A DNA stretch of 64,000 nucleotides, taken from the NCBI GenBank assembly GCA_040771865.1, contig JAXGZF010000004.1, positions 415,916 to 479,915 of the forward strand, given 5' to 3'. The DNA is from Desulfobacterales bacterium. Its GTDB lineage: Bacteria > Desulfobacterota > Desulfobacteria > Desulfobacterales > UBA2245. The notes under the pieces were generated by a model. It saw nothing but the letters and a program-made list of their open reading frames with translations. It had not been told where the DNA came from and ran no database searches. Position numbers and translations under genes: made by a program. Positions within the stretch are counted from its first letter, which is position 1. The number at the start of each line of letters is the position of its first letter. Below, piece after piece: positions 59,734 to 64,000 of this stretch.

Positions 59734-60770
59734 TGACAATCATCACCTGGACGGGAATCCTGTTTTGCATTTCCCAGGCCGGAATGTTTTCCGGGCTGAA
59801 CCTGGCCTTTTTCAGCGTGGGCCGTCTTCGGCTGGAGGTCGAAGCCGCGCGCGGCAGCATCGATGCAAAAAAGGTTCTTACGCTTCGGAAAGACGCCAAT
59901 TTTCTGCTGACCACCATTCTCTGGGGAAACGTCAGCGTCAACGTGCTGCTCGCCCTGCTTTCCGGCTCCTTGCTCTCCGGAGTGGCGGCCTTTCTGTTTT
60001 CGACCGTGCTGATCACCCTGCTGGGCGAGATTCTGCCCCAGGCATTTTTTTCGCGTTACGCGGTTCGATGCGCGTCTTTTTTTGCCCCGGTTCTTCGAAT
60101 TTATCAGATTCTGCTGTTTCCCGTGGCCAGGCCCACGGCGATGCTTCTGGACCGATGGCTGGGACCGGAGGCGATCTCTTTTTTTCAGGAAAAGGATTTT
60201 CACCATCTGATTCAGGTTCACATCGAGTCCGAGCACTCCGACATCGGAAAGGTGGAGGGCACCGGGGCGATCAATTTTCTGGCCCTGGACGACATTCCCG
60301 TGATCAGCGAGGGGGAGGCCGTCGATCCGCGAAGCATTCTGACCGTGCCGTTCAAGGACAACATGCCGGTCTTTCCCAGTATGGCGCACAGCCCGAAGGA
60401 TCCCTTTCTCAAAAAAATACAGGCCTCCCGAATGAAGTGGGTGATTCTGGTCAACGCCGCCGGAGTGCCCTGCGCGGTGCTCAACGCGGACAAGTTCATT
60501 CGCGACGCGTTGTTTGAAAAAAAGACCTTCGACCCCTATCATTACTGCCACCGGCCGATCGTGATTCGGGACGAAAAGACCCGCCTGGGGGAAACGATTC
60601 TTCGCCTTCGGGTATACCCCACCCGGGCCGATGACGACGTGGTCGACCAGGACATCATTCTGTACTGGACTGCGGACATGAAGCGCATCATCACCGGATC
60701 GGACATCCTCGGAAGACTTTTGCGGGGAATCGCCCGGCAGGAAAAGAAAACCTTCACCAGCCTGACATGA
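59733..60770 (+). CDS. CNNM/DUF21 membrane protein with degenerate CBS-like region
   Basis: FSGL..AFFS, LLTTILWGNV.VN, GEILPQA, IITGSDILGRLLRGI. Confidence 0.88.
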   Translation: MTIITWTGILFCISQAGMFSGLNLAFFSVGRLRLEVEAARGSIDAKKVLTLRKDANFLLTTILWGNVSVNVLLALLSGSLLSGVAAFLFSTVLITLLGEILPQAFFSRYAVRCASFFAPVLRIYQILLFPVARPTAMLLDRWLGPEAISFFQEKDFHHLIQVHIESEHSDIGKVEGTGAINFLALDDIPVISEGEAVDPRSILTVPFKDNMPVFPSMAHSPKDPFLKKIQASRMKWVILVNAAGVPCAVLNADKFIRDALFEKKTFDPYHYCHRPIVIRDEKTRLGETILRLRVYPTRADDDVVDQDIILYWTADMKRIITGSDILGRLLRGIARQEKKTFTSLT

Positions 60771-60789
60771 ACTACGGAGAACCGCAGCG

Positions 60790-60936
60790 ATGAACCCATG
60801 GTTTGTTCTGGTTCTGGGCCTGGCCCTGACGGTGATCGGCGCTCTGAGCCCGTTCGGCAGCTTTGGCGGCCTGTTTCTGATCGCCGGGGCCGTCACGCTG
60901 ATCAACGCGGCGCGCAGCATATTCCGGCGAAAATAA
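60790..60936 (+). CDS. 48-aa two-TM small membrane protein (not in ORF track)
   Basis: MNPWFVLVLGLALTVIGALSPFGSFGGLFLIAGAVTLINAARSIFRRK*; GGAGA upstream; GC3-rich codons. Confidence 0.6.
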   Translation: MNPWFVLVLGLALTVIGALSPFGSFGGLFLIAGAVTLINAARSIFRRK

Positions 60937-61020
60937 TCCTGTTTTCCCGCCCGCGGAAATGAACCGGACAACACCCGCCCGAGTGCGAGGCGGAACCTTG
61001 AAAATTTTTTCATAAACCGG

Positions 61021-61058
61021 TTGACAGGAAAAGCAATGTATCATAATGATACTTATTG
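61021..61058 (+). promoter_or_regulatory. TA promoter with operator palindrome
   Basis: TTGACA at 61021; GTATCAT-A-ATGATAC (61038-61052) overlaps the -10 region. Confidence 0.75.
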
Positions 61059-61065
61059 AAACGGA

Positions 61066-61407
61066 ATGAATAAACGAAAACCCCACACCGATTTGAATGC
61101 ATTCAAGCAGCTTTTCCGCCGCGGTACGGCGAGAGTTATCACCGCAACGGCGCGGAAAGGGGCTGTCGCCATGGGTTTCATGGATGAGGAGGATATTCTT
61201 TCGGTCGTTAACCGCCTGGGTCCCGAACACTTCTACAAGTCCATGACCATACACGGCAGCCACAAGATCTGGCAGGATGTGTACCGGTACCAGGATGACC
61301 AGGATAATGCCCTTTACATCAAATTGCAGCTGTCTTCGGACAGCCGGAAAGCCGTTCTGATTCAGATGAAAAAAGACGAGGGAAAAGATGAACAGGATAA
61401 AGCTTGA
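61066..61407 (+). CDS. mqsR: MqsR-family endoribonuclease toxin
   Basis: FYKSMT....H.IWQDVY; LYIKLQ. Confidence 0.92.
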   Translation: MNKRKPHTDLNAFKQLFRRGTARVITATARKGAVAMGFMDEEDILSVVNRLGPEHFYKSMTIHGSHKIWQDVYRYQDDQDNALYIKLQLSSDSRKAVLIQMKKDEGKDEQDKA

Positions 61408-61915
61408 TTGCCCGGTCTGCGGCGCCGGTACGCTGACCCGGCATGTCGGAACCGAAACCTTTGAATACCGTGGGCAGACCCGGACGATTCCGGATTACGC
61501 GACCTGGGTGTGCGATGCATGCGGAGAGTCCGTCGTCGACGCCGGGTCTCTGAAAGCCTCGGGCAGAATATTGAAGGATTTTCAGCGCAAGGTCGACGGC
61601 CTTCTGACCGGTCAGCAGATCAGGGAAATCCGCGCCAGGCTTGGCCTCACCCAGGAGCAGCTGGCCGACATCATCGGCGGCGGACTGAAAAGCGTGGCCC
61701 GCTACGAGTCCGGGCAGGTATGCCAGAGCCGGGGCATGGACAACCTTCTGCGCATTCTGGATGCCTATCCGGAAACGCTCAGGATCATTCAAAGAAAGGA
61801 ACGGCCGGTTCAGGAATCGGCCAAGGTCGTTTACATCGAGGATGCGAGAAACAAAAATGCCTATCGATTGGCGGGCAGGACCTTTGAAACAGGGGAGGTC
61901 GGTTATGGCTTCTAG
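61388..61915 (+). CDS. mqsA: MqsA-family antitoxin (Zn ribbon plus HTH) with about 40-aa C-terminal extension
   Basis: CPVC...CDACGE; IR..LGLTQEQLA..IGGG..S.ARYESG; overlaps the toxin gene by 20 nt. Confidence 0.92.
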   Translation: MNRIKLDCPVCGAGTLTRHVGTETFEYRGQTRTIPDYATWVCDACGESVVDAGSLKASGRILKDFQRKVDGLLTGQQIREIRARLGLTQEQLADIIGGGLKSVARYESGQVCQSRGMDNLLRILDAYPETLRIIQRKERPVQESAKVVYIEDARNKNAYRLAGRTFETGEVGYGF

Positions 61916-62408
61916 ATTCCAGATCGGCTCGATTCGCCTGGTCGAGGCTCATTTTTCACTCAACCGTCAGTTCAAATGGGAAAGCGGAAAGCCGGTCGAA
62001 ATTCCGCAGAACGTCGAGATCAAATATCAGCAGATCAAGGAAAAAAGCATCCGCGTGCTCGTCTCGGTTTCCTCTGTTTCCGATCAGCAGCCTTTCCGGT
62101 TTTCCGTCGCCTGGGAAGGTTCGTTCGTGTTCGAAGAAAAACCCCGGAAAGAAGAACTGGAGCGCATCGCCCACATCCATTGCGCATCCATCATGTTTGC
62201 CTATATTCGAGAGTCCGTGGCCGACCTGACCCGGCGCGCCAGCCTGCCCGCCCTGAATCTGCCCCCTTATAATTTTGCCGCCCTGTACGAGGAAAACAAA
62301 AAATCGGCGCTTTCGGCAACCCCGCGAAAAATCCGCAAAAAGCCGGAGGCCTTGCAGAAGCCGTCCGCCCCGAAGCAGCCGAAGGACGCGAAGATTCAAG
62401 AGAGCTGA
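61905..62408 (+). CDS. SecB-like chaperone (TAC chaperone)
   Basis: F.F.V..EG.F, C.SIMFAYIRESVADLTRRA.LP.L.LPP.NF.ALY (SecB-like C-terminal pattern); RBS GGAGG; overlaps the mqsA stop. Confidence 0.88.
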   Translation: MASRFQIGSIRLVEAHFSLNRQFKWESGKPVEIPQNVEIKYQQIKEKSIRVLVSVSSVSDQQPFRFSVAWEGSFVFEEKPRKEELERIAHIHCASIMFAYIRESVADLTRRASLPALNLPPYNFAALYEENKKSALSATPRKIRKKPEALQKPSAPKQPKDAKIQES

Positions 62409-62834
62409 TTCACCCCGAAGCAAAGATCGAAACGAAGGTATTCTCTGCAATGCCTTCGTGAACTGTGCGCCCTTGAGGTTCATAAAACAGCCGGAAGCAG
62501 GTTTTTTCAAAAGCCTGCCAATTATTCGATCTACGGCCCCAGAGCGGCGGCCCTTTGCCGCATCGAATCATTCAGAACTCCGTTGCTAATCCGCATTGCA
62601 TAATCGATGTTCAGGAAAACAGCCTGCGCCGGCCGATTTTCATTGACAGCCGCGCTCTTAGGTTCTACATAAAACTCTTTGCTAACCATTACTTAATCTG
62701 GTTTTCGCGCCGGGCTTTCCATGAACCACCCCTGTTCGACCCGCGCCTTCCGCATGCATTTTCGCATCGCGGCTTGAAGACGCCGCCCGACGATTGGTAT
62801 ATTTCAGCAGGCATTGTTCTTTGATGGAGGCCGT

Positions 62835-63812
62835 ATGTCGAACCATCTGGTATGGGAGCGTTTCTGCTGGTTTGATTCCCAGGTAAGGGCCGCGAAATAT
62901 CCCAACGCAAGCCGCCTGGCCGAACACTTCGAACTGTCTTCCAAGACCGCCCGGAGGGACATCAATTTTTTGCGAGACCGTATCGGCGCCCCCCTGGAAT
63001 ACTGTCCTGTCCGCAAGGGGTACTACTATACGCAGGATTCCTTCGAACTTCCCCGGCTTCAGGTGAGCCCGGAGGAGGTGCTCTCCATCCTGCTGGCAAA
63101 ACGCCTGCTCTCCCGTTCCGCCGACGGCATGATCAGCAGGTCCATTCAGATGTTCGGCAGGAAGCTTTTAGCCCAGGCCGGCCATCCGGGGCTGACCGAA
63201 ACCGCGATGGACGAATCCTTTTCCGCCGTCTGGAACGCCTATTCTCCAACCCAGTCCCAAATCTTTCAAAAAACCGCCGACGCCCTGCTTTGCGGCAAAC
63301 CCCTTGAATTCACCTATCGTTCGCCGGCCGGGTGGCAGACCCGACGCATCGTCGAGCCGCACCACCTCCAGCACTACATGGCCAGCTGGGTCCTGATCGC
63401 CTGGTGCCGAATGCGAAACGACTGGCGGAAGTTCTACCTGGCCCGCATCAGCGATCTTGCGGTTCTGGACGAGCCGTTCGAGAAGAAGCCCGCTCCGGTC
63501 TGGAACCATCTTCTCGAAGGGGGCTTCGGCATCTTTCAGGGAAACGACCTGGTGGAAGTGACGCTGCGGTTTACTCCCTTTCGGGCCGGATGGGTCCGCG
63601 AACAGAGCTGGCATCCGGACCAGAAAATGCAAACTCTTGCCGACGGAAGCCTGGAAATGACTTTGCCGGCGGCTGATTTCCGGGAAATCCGAATGCGCAT
63701 ACTTCAGTTCGGCGCGGACGTGGAGGTGATCGGCCCGGCGGAGTTGAGAGACGAGGTGGCCGAAGAGGCCCGGCGGTTGACGGCCTTGTATGAAAAACAG
63801 CCGAATGAATAA
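62835..63812 (+). CDS. HTH-WYL-WCX transcriptional regulator
   Basis: LAEHFELSSKTARRDI wHTH; F.Y, R.VEPH.L, WVLIAWC..RNDWR.F.L.RI; ILQFGADVEVIGP.ELR; RBS GGAGG. Confidence 0.95.
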   Translation: MSNHLVWERFCWFDSQVRAAKYPNASRLAEHFELSSKTARRDINFLRDRIGAPLEYCPVRKGYYYTQDSFELPRLQVSPEEVLSILLAKRLLSRSADGMISRSIQMFGRKLLAQAGHPGLTETAMDESFSAVWNAYSPTQSQIFQKTADALLCGKPLEFTYRSPAGWQTRRIVEPHHLQHYMASWVLIAWCRMRNDWRKFYLARISDLAVLDEPFEKKPAPVWNHLLEGGFGIFQGNDLVEVTLRFTPFRAGWVREQSWHPDQKMQTLADGSLEMTLPAADFREIRMRILQFGADVEVIGPAELRDEVAEEARRLTALYEKQPNE

Positions 63813-63861
63813 ATTTGGGCCTTTTGGGAAAAATTCAGGCGATGTGAAAAAATATTTTGAA

Positions 63862-63898
63862 CCTGGGACGCTATATGTCCGGGGCAGGGGAGTATGAT
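63862..63898 (+). promoter_or_regulatory. Candidate WYL operator at the -35 position plus -10 box
   Basis: GGAC-N7-GTCC (63866-63880) within CCTGGGAC...GTCCGGGG; TATGAT at 63893-63898. Confidence 0.55.
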
Positions 63899-63949
63899 GC
63901 ACATCGTACGATGGCCCCATATTCCATAAACATCACCCCGGAGGAAGCA

Positions 63950-64000
63950 ATGAACATTACTCGAAGGAAATTGCTCAAGGGTCTGCCAGCTCTGCTGGTT
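63950..64000 (+). CDS. 5' end of a probable Tat-exported protein (truncated by the window edge)
   Basis: GGAGGA RBS, then MNITRRKLLKGLPALLV, a twin-arginine T-R-R-x-L-L-K motif. Confidence 0.65.
   Translation, partial: MNITRRKLLKGLPALLV

Noticed and set aside
1..64000. CRISPR array, tRNA or rRNA genes
   Set aside because: No regularly spaced direct repeats, cloverleaf-like sequence or rRNA-like segment was recognised; a tRNAscan/Infernal run is needed for certainty.
60940..64000. Prophage or integrative element carrying the TAC and WYL genes
   Set aside because: No integrase, att duplication, tRNA or phage structural gene is visible within the window.

Overview
A 64 kb stretch of a moderately GC-rich bacterial chromosome. 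Its gene content (cytochrome c3-type Rnf cluster, split purH, lnt-prfB) suggests a Desulfobacterota/deltaproteobacterial anaerobe; this is an inference. Core blocks, in order: etfB-etfA-fixC-fixX; ydbH-ynbE-ydbL; prfB (programmed +1 frameshift) and lnt; a Gld-like ABC cluster; split purH; an orphan PilB/GspE-type ATPase; a dcw cluster (mraZ to ftsZ, no ddl) followed by a radical SAM gene; a cytochrome c-rnfCDGEAB operon with an RnfB-oxidoreductase fusion; csp, acyl-CoA ligase, MFS and CNNM genes. The most notable accessory features are three. (1) A tripartite MqsR-MqsA-SecB-like toxin-antitoxin-chaperone (TAC) module at 61.0-62.4 kb, with an extended antitoxin tail and a perfect operator palindrome, directly followed by a WYL regulator and a probable WYL-controlled Tat-exported gene. 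(2) A decayed integron-like cassette cluster at 5.5-7.8 kb that contains a probable UGA-readthrough selenoprotein truncated by the ORF track. (3) An Rnf variant whose RnfC and RnfD lack canonical flavin motifs. No rRNA, tRNA, CRISPR array or intact integrase/transposase was recognised. All family assignments come from motif recognition by eye, not from database searches.
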